From positions 5,029 to 69,028 of the forward strand of contig DAME01000002.1 of NCBI GenBank assembly GCA_002499545.1: DNA of 64,000 nucleotides, given 5' to 3'. How positions within the stretch are numbered: the first letter of the stretch is position 1; every line of letters starts with the position of its first letter. Below the pieces are notes generated by a model. It saw only the letters and a list, made by a program, of their open reading frames with translations. It searched no databases and was not told the origin of the DNA. Below, piece by piece: positions 46,594 through 56,403 of the stretch. Source of the stretch: Euryarchaeota archaeon UBA88 (lineage in GTDB: Archaea > Thermoplasmatota > Poseidoniia > Poseidoniales > Poseidoniaceae). The translations under genes and the position numbers were made by a program.

Positions 46594-46950
46594 CTAGGCT
46601 GAGGACCAAACCATTTCGCCCATTCGAATTCCTACGAGATATGCGGTGATGGTGAGCAGAGAGGCAACTGCAAGTGCTGGCCAAAAATCAACACCACGAT
46701 TGATGAGCGTTGGAAGGATGATAAACAGAAGCAAAGAAGGAAGAACCAACCAGAAGATTCCGTAAGAGAACCCAGCGACCCGTGTAGAATCACCGGTGTC
46801 TGTGTAAAGCCAAATAATCGCCAACAAGGACACGAGAGGGAGAGAAGCAATCAATGCACCCATCAATTCGTATTTCTTGGCCAATTCGCTCGCTCCAACA
46901 ACTAAGCCTCCTGAGACGATGAAACGGATACATAGTTGAAGCCAGTCCAT
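46594..46950 (-). CDS. Small four-helix membrane protein (DUF3147-like)
   Basis: 118 aa and entirely hydrophobic helices. The family call is from memory of the overall pattern only. Confidence 0.45.
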   Translation of the reverse strand: MDWLQLCIRFIVSGGLVVGASELAKKYELMGALIASLPLVSLLAIIWLYTDTGDSTRVAGFSYGIFWLVLPSLLLFIILPTLINRGVDFWPALAVASLLTITAYLVGIRMGEMVWSSA

Positions 46951-47088
46951 GGACGCGAGCAGTACGGAAGGCTTCTCAATGTTTGGGAGGAATAACGGCT
47001 AATTCGGAAGGATTATTTGCAGAACATTTCTCTCAAAATTCGTCATTTCCATCATAACCCTCATAGAGCAAATACGGAACCCCTCGAC

Positions 47089-48201
47089 ATGGGCGTAGAC
47101 ACGAATACACTGGCAAGTTGGCTTGCCGACTACGATCCAAACAACATCACCATTGGTGTGGTTGCCTCGCATTCGTCGCTTCAAATCCTCCACGGTGCTC
47201 GAAAAGAAGGATTTCGCACCTTGGGGATTGCGGTTGGCGAGAATCGTCGAAGATTCTACAAAGCGTTCCCCGGTGCAGAGCCAGATGAATGGTTGATGCT
47301 TGACCACTATCACGAAATGCTCGACCATGCTGAATGGTTCCGAGAGCGAAATGTCATCATCATCCCGCACGGTTCTCTGGTTGAGTACCTCGGCTCCTCG
47401 AAGTATAAGCAACTTCAAGTTCCTACTTTTGGAAACCGAGGAATCCTGCACTGGGAAAGCAGTAGAGAGTTGCAGCGCCAATGGCTCGAAGGTGGCGGGT
47501 GCACGATGCCAAAGGTTTGGGAAGACCCTCACGATATCGATGGACCAGTGATTGTCAAATACGCTGGAGCGAAAGGTGGACGTGGTTACTTCATTGCCCG
47601 TAACTATCGTGATTTCCGAAGAAACGTTGACATCGAAGAAGAGTTTACTATCCAAGAATACGTTCTTGGATGCAGATATTACCTACACTTCTTCTTTGAC
47701 CCAACGGCGAGTGACGGATTCCAGGTTCAGGGCAAAGGAAACAACGCAGGTAAGAATCTCGGCCGATTAGAATTGCTCTCAATGGACCGAAGAGATGAAT
47801 CGAACGTCGATGAATTCTACAAACTTGGTTCGCTTCGAGATTTGCGAGAAATGGAACTTGAACCGTCGTTCGTCGTCACCGGAAACCAGCCGGTTGTTAT
47901 TCGCGAATCGTTGCTCCCACGTGCTTTTGAGATGGCTGAAGGGACCGTTGCAGAGTCGTATGAACTGGAAGACGGTAGCAGAGGCATGATTGGACCGTTC
48001 TGTCTCGAAACCATCGTCACAGACCAATTAGAATTCAAGGTATTCGAGATCAGTGCTCGAATCGTTGCGGGCTCAAATCCATTCGTTGGGGGCTCACCGT
48101 ATTCGGATATCAATGAAGAGCGAATGTCAACAGGTCGACGCATTGCACGCTCAATTCGAAAGGCTTCTGAAAACGATTGTCTGATCGACATACTTTCCTG
48201 A
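47089..48201 (+). CDS. purP: FAICAR synthetase PurP (5-formaminoimidazole-4-carboxamide ribonucleotide synthetase, ATP-grasp)
   Basis: DPNNITIGVVASHSSLQILHGARKEGFRT matches the archaeal PurP N-terminus. ATP-grasp core VIVKYAGAKGGRGYF. Confidence 0.85.
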   Translation: MGVDTNTLASWLADYDPNNITIGVVASHSSLQILHGARKEGFRTLGIAVGENRRRFYKAFPGAEPDEWLMLDHYHEMLDHAEWFRERNVIIIPHGSLVEYLGSSKYKQLQVPTFGNRGILHWESSRELQRQWLEGGGCTMPKVWEDPHDIDGPVIVKYAGAKGGRGYFIARNYRDFRRNVDIEEEFTIQEYVLGCRYYLHFFFDPTASDGFQVQGKGNNAGKNLGRLELLSMDRRDESNVDEFYKLGSLRDLREMELEPSFVVTGNQPVVIRESLLPRAFEMAEGTVAESYELEDGSRGMIGPFCLETIVTDQLEFKVFEISARIVAGSNPFVGGSPYSDINEERMSTGRRIARSIRKASENDCLIDILS

Positions 48202-48305
48202 ACGATTGAATTGAAAACCGATTGCTTGCAAGTAGTGCTTCAAAGCAAATCTATGGAGCGAGGCAAGTGGGTATTTGAACATCGCCGTTAGGCATTTCAA
48301 TTCGC

Positions 48306-49577
48306 TCATTCATCGATTAAAGAATCCAAATCAGGGGCGCTTGGAACCGAAGACGGAGGACCGTGCTTTGGAGCCCCTGCTTTCGGCTTGTATGATGAAA
48401 GGAATTCCGACAGAGAAACTGAACCATCTCCATCAGCGTCAGCTTGTCGATGAAGACTTGTTGCTTCTTCAATGGTCACACCAATCGCTTCAGCTAATTC
48501 TTCAATTGAGAGTTGGTCGCTTCCATCAGTATCAGCTGCTTGGAACTTGGTCGAAAGAGCCTCAATTTGAGATTCCAATTCGCGCTTGTTTTGTTCTCTT
48601 TCAGCTGAAGAAGAAACGGAGAAACTGCATACGTGCATAATCGGGTCCCCCGCAGAAAGTTCAGCAGAATACTCGCGGTCCGATCCCTCTGAACTAACGA
48701 TGACTTGGAACTTTGTAGGGTCCTTCGAACGTCGCTTCTTCTGCTTCTTGTAGTAGTGGACATAGACTTGGAATTGGCCAGAAGGCGCAGTTCCTTCGGG
48801 CCAAAATACATTCTCGACCGGTTTACGAGTTTCTGCACGAACGTTTGCATCAACGTCAAGTTCTCCACCGCACTTCGAAATTTTGTTTCCACCGTGAATT
48901 CTCTCACCAGAGGGGCACACGATGTGCAGATCAAGGTCGTTGTAATTGTTCCACATGAGCGAAACTTGTACGTCTGAAGACTTAGCACCTTCACGTGATA
49001 AACGAGCTTTCAATTCTTTTATTGCTCCAGAATTGGCTTCAGATGCTTCAACACTTTCTCTCTGTGATGCTGCAATTTCAGCGAGTCGAGCCTCTTCAGC
49101 AGCGAGGAAATCTGCTTGTCGACGGGCCTCTCGTTCTGCTGCCAATCGAATCTCTTCATTCTCTCTTCGCAGTGATTCGACTTCTTGGTCTTGGACCTGT
49201 TGAAGTTTTTCAGCCTTCAATCGTGCTTCTTCGAGTGCTGCGAGACGGGCTTGTTCTGCGATAGCGAGGCGTTCTTGTTCTGCGCGAGCCTGTGACTGAG
49301 CAGCTGCATCACGTGCATACCTGTCAGCGTCATCGACTGCGATTCGTTCTTGGAGCGCTTGTTGGCGACGACGTCGACGCTCAACAATGGCCAATTTACG
49401 GTCAATTTCTTGTTTTGCGTTGCCGAAACTTGGTGTGTCATCTGCGTATTGCAATCCCTCAGCAGTCATGCCTTGGCGCATTGAAACCGATACATCTGGA
49501 CGACTAAAAATGTACCAAACTCCGAGCGAGAATCCTCCACCGAGGGTGACAGCCAAACCAATGGATGTTGGGTCCAT
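48306..49577 (-). CDS. N-terminally anchored protein: TM, long coiled coil, DUF2135-like beta-sandwich, C-terminal EF-hand pair
   Basis: TM IGLAVTLGGGFSLGVWYIF. R/E/A/Q-rich coiled coil. VQVSLMWNNYNDLDLHIVCPSGERIHGG...GQFQVYVHYY. EF loops DTDGSDQLSIEE and DADGDGSVSLSE. Confidence 0.6.
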   Translation of the reverse strand: MDPTSIGLAVTLGGGFSLGVWYIFSRPDVSVSMRQGMTAEGLQYADDTPSFGNAKQEIDRKLAIVERRRRRQQALQERIAVDDADRYARDAAAQSQARAEQERLAIAEQARLAALEEARLKAEKLQQVQDQEVESLRRENEEIRLAAEREARRQADFLAAEEARLAEIAASQRESVEASEANSGAIKELKARLSREGAKSSDVQVSLMWNNYNDLDLHIVCPSGERIHGGNKISKCGGELDVDANVRAETRKPVENVFWPEGTAPSGQFQVYVHYYKKQKKRRSKDPTKFQVIVSSEGSDREYSAELSAGDPIMHVCSFSVSSSAEREQNKRELESQIEALSTKFQAADTDGSDQLSIEELAEAIGVTIEEATSLHRQADADGDGSVSLSEFLSSYKPKAGAPKHGPPSSVPSAPDLDSLIDE

Positions 49578-49642
49578 GAACCACCCATGGGGTCCACCTC
49601 TATTTTATCATTGGTCGGAAATGCAGGGATTCGCATGTGGAA

Positions 49643-52111
49643 TCATTGCGATAAATCCTTGATTTTTTCAACCAAATCCATTTTCCGAAGTCTCCAAACA
49701 CCAAACGGCGTCATGGCTACTGCGATAAGAATCACACCCGACATGAGTTGCCATGCGACGCTGGGTACAATGGTCACAGGTACAAAGAACTGCCATGAAG
49801 AAATCGAAGCTGCGAAGGCAACTGCTCCACCGTATGCAAACAAGACTCCGACAAGACCTCCAACAATTCCGATGAGTAGGCTCTCGAACAGAAGCATCAT
49901 TCCAAGACTCCGCGTTGATGCACCGAGAACTCGTAACGTAGCTAATTCAAAATCACGTTCTGCGATGTTCATGACCATGGTGTTGAACATGACCACGACG
50001 GTGAACAGAAGCCCGAGATACATCATCGTCTGGAAAATTTGGGTCTGCTGGTCCAGTAGACTGTTGATTCCATCTAGAAGCGTTTGACGCTCAACCACAC
50101 CTGTCGAAACTTCACCCAGGGCTGAGTCGATTTCCACACCTTCCGGGAATTGTAAATATATCGAAGTCGCATTAACGCCAAGGATTTCGCTTAGATCTCC
50201 GCGAATGAAGTACATTGTTCGGGCAAGTTCTGCTGTCGAAGTCCCGACGATTTCTACCTCTTGTGAAGCGCCGTTAATCTGTACTGCGTGCTTTTCTCCG
50301 ACCGCCCATCCGAGGAAGTTCATACTTCCCTCTTCCATCATCACTTGAGGTACTGCCATGTTGCCCGTGGGGGCCTGCCCGTCCAGAAGCGATACTGCAC
50401 GCATACCACTCTGGAATGAATCAAGGCCTACTAGAGTGAATGTTCGTTCGATGTCGTCCGCATCAGCAACGGTTCCAAGCGGCATTTCAATGAGTATTTC
50501 GTACGTGACAGAATTGTCAATCGCCCAATCTACAACGGGCTGTTCTCCATCTGGCATGATGTAGACTTGCGCATCCCATGATTGGTCGCTTTCAAGACCA
50601 CCAACCATGGAATCTTGTAATCCCGCTGACATCATTTGAATCGAACCGAACAACATCAGGGAAATTCCGACTGCGACAAATGTCATCGTGAGACGGACGG
50701 GTTTGCGAACACTGGAACGAATTGAGAGACCGAGCGTTGAAGGCATCCATGAGGTCAGTTTTCGAAGAATGTTTGAGCCCACGCGCATTTCATTTTGACC
50801 GCTTAGAACCTCCAGTGGGTCAAGACGGCTCGCCTTCCAAGCTGGGAATGCACCAGAAAGGAACACGACGAACATGGTTGAGCCAATAACGCTGAAGTAA
50901 ATCGAAGACGGAACGGTTCGCTCAACAATTGGCATACCGATGAGGTCTTGGTAGAAATCCAGCATTTGGTTCATACCCCACGGTCCTGCAGCAGCTCCAA
51001 GCGCACATCCCATGCCTCCAATCGCCAGAGGCGCTACCAGATAGCCGGTCATGAGTGAGGTGCGATCGACTCCAAGAGTTCGCAGTACTGCGATTTCCTT
51101 TGATTGACTTTGAACCAATCGTTGAAGACTCAAAACGATGGTAATGGAGGCAATAGATGCAATCATCACGGTGAAGGGAACGGTTGTTCGCTTAGTCCCT
51201 TCCAAATCTTGTCGCATGACTTCTACCGGTTCATTTTGCCCTCGATCGCGAACTCGTGCATCCAATTCAGTTGATTCGAGTGAAGCAACAACAACCTCTT
51301 TCACAGCATCGATTTCAGTTCCTTCGTACGCCTGTGTATCGGGCAGGTCATAGGAAGGAGTGCCAGTGACATCCAAAATAATCGTGTTACTGGAACCAAC
51401 TGCATCACCGGTGAGACGAGCCATGCCGGTTTCGGAAAGATAACCGACAACGTACGTGCCGGATTCAGGTGGAAATAAGGTGCCTTCTGGAGCCATGATT
51501 ACGTGCATTGGATGGTAGCCTGTGCCGACGACTGTGAAAGCAGCACTCGCATTTCCAGCACCAATAGTGACAGTATCCCCAATTTCTATTTCAAGAGCTT
51601 TGGTCACGTGAGCATCGATGACAATTTCATCGGCGGCAACTGCGACGCGACCCTCTGCATGTCCTTCTGGCATCCACACTTTGTCTGCATTTGCATCCGC
51701 AGGTATGCCGTGCCAAAGAGAATTGATGATGTGTTCACCTGACTCGTTGGTATGGAACAATGCTCCTTGGGTTATGGTGCGACCTTCACACGAGTCGAGT
51801 GCAAACGATGCCTCGATGAGAGATGCCCGTGCAGATTCCAAAGATTCACAAAAAGTGTCGACTTGATTTGAAGTCCACACAGTGCTTCGATTATCAATCC
51901 AAATATCGCCAAGGTTGGAACCCGCATCGTTGTCATCGTGCATGGCGTCATACATGCCTCCAAGGTTGTGTGCATAGCCTCCAAACGTAATACCTGCAAA
52001 AACGCCTACAAATACCATCAAAACAACTGCAAAAAGCCGTAATTTGGTCCGCCAAAGGCTGCGAGCCAAGCGTTTGTTGAGTAATTTCGACATCACAAAC
52101 ACCACAATCAT
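49643..52111 (-). CDS. ABC transporter permease, FtsX/MacB-like with two FtsX domains
   Basis: 822 aa, with two 4-TM blocks each preceded by a large extracytoplasmic domain. A 4-nt overlap links it to the ATPase gene. Confidence 0.8.
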   Translation of the reverse strand: MIVVFVMSKLLNKRLARSLWRTKLRLFAVVLMVFVGVFAGITFGGYAHNLGGMYDAMHDDNDAGSNLGDIWIDNRSTVWTSNQVDTFCESLESARASLIEASFALDSCEGRTITQGALFHTNESGEHIINSLWHGIPADANADKVWMPEGHAEGRVAVAADEIVIDAHVTKALEIEIGDTVTIGAGNASAAFTVVGTGYHPMHVIMAPEGTLFPPESGTYVVGYLSETGMARLTGDAVGSSNTIILDVTGTPSYDLPDTQAYEGTEIDAVKEVVVASLESTELDARVRDRGQNEPVEVMRQDLEGTKRTTVPFTVMIASIASITIVLSLQRLVQSQSKEIAVLRTLGVDRTSLMTGYLVAPLAIGGMGCALGAAAGPWGMNQMLDFYQDLIGMPIVERTVPSSIYFSVIGSTMFVVFLSGAFPAWKASRLDPLEVLSGQNEMRVGSNILRKLTSWMPSTLGLSIRSSVRKPVRLTMTFVAVGISLMLFGSIQMMSAGLQDSMVGGLESDQSWDAQVYIMPDGEQPVVDWAIDNSVTYEILIEMPLGTVADADDIERTFTLVGLDSFQSGMRAVSLLDGQAPTGNMAVPQVMMEEGSMNFLGWAVGEKHAVQINGASQEVEIVGTSTAELARTMYFIRGDLSEILGVNATSIYLQFPEGVEIDSALGEVSTGVVERQTLLDGINSLLDQQTQIFQTMMYLGLLFTVVVMFNTMVMNIAERDFELATLRVLGASTRSLGMMLLFESLLIGIVGGLVGVLFAYGGAVAFAASISSWQFFVPVTIVPSVAWQLMSGVILIAVAMTPFGVWRLRKMDLVEKIKDLSQ

Positions 52112-52812
52112 TCATTTCCATCTGAAGATTCAATGTGCTCATCAGATACAATTCGACCACTGTCGATGCGAATCACGCGAGTTGCAAAACGAGTTAGTCC
52201 TTCATCGTGAGTAACAAAGACCGCGGTGATGTTTTCTTGTTGGCATGCTTTCACCAAGGCTTGCATAACTTTGTTCGAGGTCTCGGTATCGAGATTACCC
52301 GTAAGTTCATCTCCGAGAAGAAGAGTTGGTCGCTTTGCTATGCTTCGGGCAATTGCCACACGCTGCTGCTGACCTCCACTGATTTCTCCAGGAAATCGGT
52401 CAACCTCGGATTCAAGCCCGACCAACTTAAGCAGTTCTTTTGCCCGATTGGCATCTTTCTTTCCAGCGAGTTCTTGAATTAAGAAAATGTTTTCAAGCAC
52501 CGTAAGGTCCTGAAGCAGGTTGAAAAATTGAAACACATACCCAATGTTTTCTCTTCGGAAAGAAGTCATCATTTCTGAGTTCTTTCGAGGAACTTCACCC
52601 CCGTTGAACACGTAAGTGCCGTCTGTCGGACTATCCAAGGCCGACAAGCAGTTCAAAAGCGTGGTTTTTCCCGAGCCAGAGGGGCCAAGCAAGATGACAC
52701 GTTCACCCTCGTGGATTTCGAGATTCACGCCATCAAGCGCCTTTACAACACCTGCTGGAGTCTCATAGTACCTTTGTAAACCGGTGATTTCAATCATCGC
52801 AGTCTCATTCAT
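52108..52812 (-). CDS. ABC transporter ATP-binding protein (MacB/LolD-like)
   Basis: Walker A GPSGSGKTT, Q-loop, signature ISGGQQQRVAIAR, Walker B LLLGDELTGNLD. Confidence 0.9.
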   Translation of the reverse strand: MNETAMIEITGLQRYYETPAGVVKALDGVNLEIHEGERVILLGPSGSGKTTLLNCLSALDSPTDGTYVFNGGEVPRKNSEMMTSFRRENIGYVFQFFNLLQDLTVLENIFLIQELAGKKDANRAKELLKLVGLESEVDRFPGEISGGQQQRVAIARSIAKRPTLLLGDELTGNLDTETSNKVMQALVKACQQENITAVFVTHDEGLTRFATRVIRIDSGRIVSDEHIESSDGNE

Positions 52813-52918
52813 GAATCCCGTAATTTTCGATGCTCTTTATACATTCTGTCATGCTGATGTAGAATCAACCTCGATACTCAAAATCGGGGATTTGAAATTT
52901 TACCGGCTTCAAAGTTAA

Positions 52919-53584
52919 ATGTCATTAGAAAAAGTACTCATCATGAGGGAGATTCAACTTCGTTGGAATGCCGACACTGTTGCATCTTCGGCATATGCTC
53001 CAATCGCTAAAATCGCCCATTCTCTGGAAGTTGTCGGGCACCTAGACCTCGATGAAAACGGAATCAGGCAACTGATTCGTCCCGATTTCTGTGAAGGAAT
53101 GGGCCCGGAGGATTTGAATGAAGTTCCGTTTTTAAACGTCGATCCGGCATTCCAAGACCAAAAAAACGGCTATATTGTGGTGTGGAATTCTCACCCACTC
53201 ACTCTAGCAGGACTTCAATTTTCAAACATCCACATCCTACCGCCTTACACGTACGGCGGTGAAGGAATTAGCCTTACCGTTCGTGGTGTTCCCGAGGGAA
53301 TCTCTGAATTCCTCAAAATTTGCCGCCTCATGCTACCACCTGATGTAGTCAAAGTGGTCGAGATGGGAGATAATCGCACTGCTGTCGAAAGTATTCTAAC
53401 GCCGCGACAGATAGAATGCATCAAAATGGCCACTTCGACAGGTTATTACGACCTTCCAAAGAAAATCAAATTACGGGAACTTTCTGAATTAATCGACATC
53501 CCTCGCTCGACCTTACAAGAGCACTTGAACCGGGCTGAAATCGCTATGATGAAGTGGGCAAGTCAACAATTAGACGATGAATAG
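52919..53584 (+). CDS. HTH_10 (bacterio-opsin activator-type) DNA-binding protein
   Basis: C-terminal LTPRQIECIKMATSTGYYDLPKKIKLRELSELIDIPRSTLQEHLNRAEIAMM is the HTH_10 signature. Confidence 0.7.
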   Translation: MSLEKVLIMREIQLRWNADTVASSAYAPIAKIAHSLEVVGHLDLDENGIRQLIRPDFCEGMGPEDLNEVPFLNVDPAFQDQKNGYIVVWNSHPLTLAGLQFSNIHILPPYTYGGEGISLTVRGVPEGISEFLKICRLMLPPDVVKVVEMGDNRTAVESILTPRQIECIKMATSTGYYDLPKKIKLRELSELIDIPRSTLQEHLNRAEIAMMKWASQQLDDE

Positions 53585-53624
53585 CATTGCAAAACCTTGA
53601 GAACAGGAATGACTTGGCACACCC

Positions 53625-54422
53625 ATGGACAAGTCTGACAGGATTGATACATTGTTGCCGAACGGGCGCGGTGTGTGGATCCCAATTGACCACGGTGCCT
53701 CTGATTACCCTGTCGAGGGTTTGATAGACACCGAAGCAACCATCCGCTCGCTTATTGCAGCAGGCGTCGATGTAATTCTCGCTCAGAAAGGAGTGGTGTC
53801 ACATTACGGTCATCTGTGTGAGGGCTCCAAGACGAACATGGTCGTTCACCTTTCAGTGTCGACCAGGCATGCTGGCCCAGATGCATCGAACAAGGTGCTG
53901 GTTGGAAATGCTGACGAGGTGATTGCTCGAGGAGGGATGGGTGTCTCGTGCCAAGTCAACATGGGTAGTCCAAATGAAGCCACGATGGTGGAACGAATGG
54001 GAAGCGTCAGTCGTGATGCTTTCATGCACGGCCTTCCGATGTTTGGAATGGTCTATGCACGGGGTGAACACCTTTCAGTCATGCCCAGCGATACAACCAA
54101 TGCGAATGCTCATGCCGTTCGCCTCGCCTTTGAACTCGGCTGCGATGCTGCCAAAACTACGTGGACTGGGGACAAAGAGAGTTTCCAAAAAGTCACATCT
54201 GCAGTTCCAATTCCAGTATTGGTTGCAGGGGGTCCATCATCAGGAAATTCAAGAGAAATACTGAGTATGGTTCGCATGGCACTTGACGCCGGCGCTTCTG
54301 GAATCTGCATGGGGCGGCAAGTATTCGGTCATCCGGAGATTGAAGCAATAGCGCGTGCTCTGGTAATGCTGGTTCACCAAAACGCTTCAGTTGAACAAGC
54401 ACTTGAAGCGTGTAAACTGTGA
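53625..54422 (+). CDS. aroA': 2-amino-3,7-dideoxy-D-threo-hept-6-ulosonate (ADH) synthase, DhnA-type class I aldolase
   Basis: Colinear with the archaeal ADH synthase pattern (IPIDHG, Schiff-base Lys in DAAKTTWTGD, VLVAGGP, GICMGRQVF). It sits immediately upstream of DHQ synthase II. Confidence 0.8.
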   Translation: MDKSDRIDTLLPNGRGVWIPIDHGASDYPVEGLIDTEATIRSLIAAGVDVILAQKGVVSHYGHLCEGSKTNMVVHLSVSTRHAGPDASNKVLVGNADEVIARGGMGVSCQVNMGSPNEATMVERMGSVSRDAFMHGLPMFGMVYARGEHLSVMPSDTTNANAHAVRLAFELGCDAAKTTWTGDKESFQKVTSAVPIPVLVAGGPSSGNSREILSMVRMALDAGASGICMGRQVFGHPEIEAIARALVMLVHQNASVEQALEACKL

Positions 54423-54430
54423 GGGATTTG

Positions 54431-55459
54431 ATGGAAGTTTGGCTCGACAGTCGTAATTCTATAGATTCACACCTTGATGCACAAACCCTGTTCGACCGGA
54501 CACTGTATTCGGAAAATATCGAACTTCCAAAGGGGAGTTATGCTCTCAAAGGCGACCATCTCATGATGTCATCTGCCATCATTGGCAGTCGTATCACCAT
54601 CGAAAATCAAGCCAGTCAAGACAAAGCCCGTTCATTGATTGGAAGCGTTGAGTGGTTGATCGTGGAGTTCACCGATTGGGCCATGATTCCAATAGAGAAC
54701 ATGGTGGCAGCAATCCAACAAACCCCCACCAAAATTGCTGCTGTGATCACGCAACCCGAACAAGCGCAGGGCGCGGCTTTCGCCCTCGAAAAAGGCGTAG
54801 ATGCCCTCATTATTCAACCGAAAAAGGAACTCATGGAAGCTGCTTCAATTGTGAAATCTCAACGATTGGAGCGGGTGAAGGAACGAGCTCTTCCTGCCTC
54901 AGATTCACCACTTCAGGGAGTCTCTACACTCACCATCACCTCTGTTGAGGACGGTGGAATCGCTGAACGGTATTGCATTGACATGACGCGATTACTCTCA
55001 CCAGGAGAAGGATTACTTACCGGCTCAATTGCCTCGAGTTTGGTGCTCATTCACGGAGAAACACTGGATTCAGAATTCGTCCCAGCACGTCCGTTTCGAG
55101 TCAATGCTGGCCCTCCAAATGCCTACGTGAAAATGGCTGACGGTACCACCAAATATCTCGCTGGACTTTCAACTGGAGATGAGGTTTTGCTTGTGTCAAA
55201 GAACGGCACCCAACGCAGTGCCACGATTGGTAGACTCAAAATTGAAACCCGACCAATGGTTTTGATAAAGTGGCTCGACGGCAATAATAAAGAAGGTTGC
55301 ATGTTCATGCAACAGGCAGAGACGGTACGCGTCATCGGCCTTGACTCTGTCCCCCTGTCAATCACAACGGTGAAACCGGGCGACGAAATTCTTGGTTGGT
55401 GCGATTCGGAAGCGAGGCACATCGGTGCTCCGATTTCGAGTGCAGTCTCCGAGCGGTGA
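54431..55459 (+). CDS. aroB': 3-dehydroquinate synthase type II (archaeal)
   Basis: ARPFRVNAGPPNAYV...KYLAGLSTGDEVLLVSKNGTQRSATIGRLKIETRPMVLI matches the DHQS-II signature. Alternative GTG start at 54419. Confidence 0.85.
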   Translation: MEVWLDSRNSIDSHLDAQTLFDRTLYSENIELPKGSYALKGDHLMMSSAIIGSRITIENQASQDKARSLIGSVEWLIVEFTDWAMIPIENMVAAIQQTPTKIAAVITQPEQAQGAAFALEKGVDALIIQPKKELMEAASIVKSQRLERVKERALPASDSPLQGVSTLTITSVEDGGIAERYCIDMTRLLSPGEGLLTGSIASSLVLIHGETLDSEFVPARPFRVNAGPPNAYVKMADGTTKYLAGLSTGDEVLLVSKNGTQRSATIGRLKIETRPMVLIKWLDGNNKEGCMFMQQAETVRVIGLDSVPLSITTVKPGDEILGWCDSEARHIGAPISSAVSER

Positions 55460-55463
55460 GATA

Positions 55464-56357
55464 ATGGCGGTACTCGGTTCCGGAAAAGCTCACGGTGCCT
55501 GCAGTTTGTTGCATGCAGCCGGCCTTGGGTACGGTGCCAGCATGGCACTCGACCTCCCTGTGGCCGTTCGGTTGCTCGACAAGCCAAGTAAGCGGCCGGT
55601 CAAGGACCCTGATGGACTGCTACCAGAAATTCTCAATGCGTGGCAATCCAAAGGCTTGTCTTTACCTTCTGGCAAAGAAATTGGGGACCTTCACTGGGCT
55701 ACTTTAAGCAAAGTCCCTCCACGTCAAGGGCTGAAATCGAGTGCCGCCATAGCCGTTGCTGCACTTCGAGCACTCGCTCATGCAACTGAAACAGAAGTCA
55801 GTGACTTTGACTTCGTCGAAATGGCGGCGCAGGCTCAAATTAATGCAGGAATCTCCTTGACGGGTTCCATCGATGATGCATGGGCATGTCTCAAACCCGG
55901 ATGGAAACTTATCGATCCGCAGGCAGAAACTATCGAAGAAGGAGTGCTGTTCCAAGGCGATGGACCTAGTAGCGAGGATTGGGTGGTGATTATTGCATGC
56001 AGAGGCGAGCGAAAGAAACGTCCGGAACTCGAGGATTTTGTACTTCACGGTGCGTCGTTTCAAAAGGCACTTGAAGCACTCCAAGAATTCAATGAATTGG
56101 TCGCTCTTACTTGGAATGGACGTGCAACTGTAGCGGTTCTCAACGATATAGAGGGTCGAAAACTCACCAACGATGCAATCCTCAATGGCGCTCGTTCTGC
56201 TGGGATCACTGGATCTGGAAATGCGATTGTCATCGTGGCGCCAAAGGTCAGCGCTCCTACCTGTGACCGCCTGCGCCGTTACCTTGAGAACTCTAAAAGT
56301 GTAGAACAGGTCATTGAGACGTCGTTTCTCAACGATGAAAGTGCCGAAGAAGAGTGA
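55464..56357 (+). CDS. Archaeal (GHMP-family) shikimate kinase
   Basis: GHMP motif PPRQGLKSSAAIAVAA, the N-terminus GKAHGACSLLHAAGLGYGASMALDL, and its position in the aro cluster. Confidence 0.75.
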   Translation: MAVLGSGKAHGACSLLHAAGLGYGASMALDLPVAVRLLDKPSKRPVKDPDGLLPEILNAWQSKGLSLPSGKEIGDLHWATLSKVPPRQGLKSSAAIAVAALRALAHATETEVSDFDFVEMAAQAQINAGISLTGSIDDAWACLKPGWKLIDPQAETIEEGVLFQGDGPSSEDWVVIIACRGERKKRPELEDFVLHGASFQKALEALQEFNELVALTWNGRATVAVLNDIEGRKLTNDAILNGARSAGITGSGNAIVIVAPKVSAPTCDRLRRYLENSKSVEQVIETSFLNDESAEEE

Positions 56358-56403
56358 GCACACACATTCTTGAAGGAACGGCTGTTCGATTCAATCGATT
56401 GGC

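Noticed and set aside
46999-47655. 218-aa ORF on the - strand
   Set aside because: It lies entirely antisense to purP, which has strong family motifs. No recognisable motifs; shadow ORF.
48306-49577. TM/coiled-coil protein as a MacA-like membrane-fusion adaptor for the adjacent MacB-like ABC exporter
   Set aside because: The positive-inside rule (an RRRRR cluster after the TM helix) predicts that the coiled coil and C-terminal domains are cytoplasmic. No lipoyl or beta-barrel MFP motifs were seen. It is kept only as a neighbourhood note.
55704-56363. 219-aa ORF on the - strand
   Set aside because: It is antisense to the GHMP shikimate kinase gene within a tightly coupled aro operon. No motifs.
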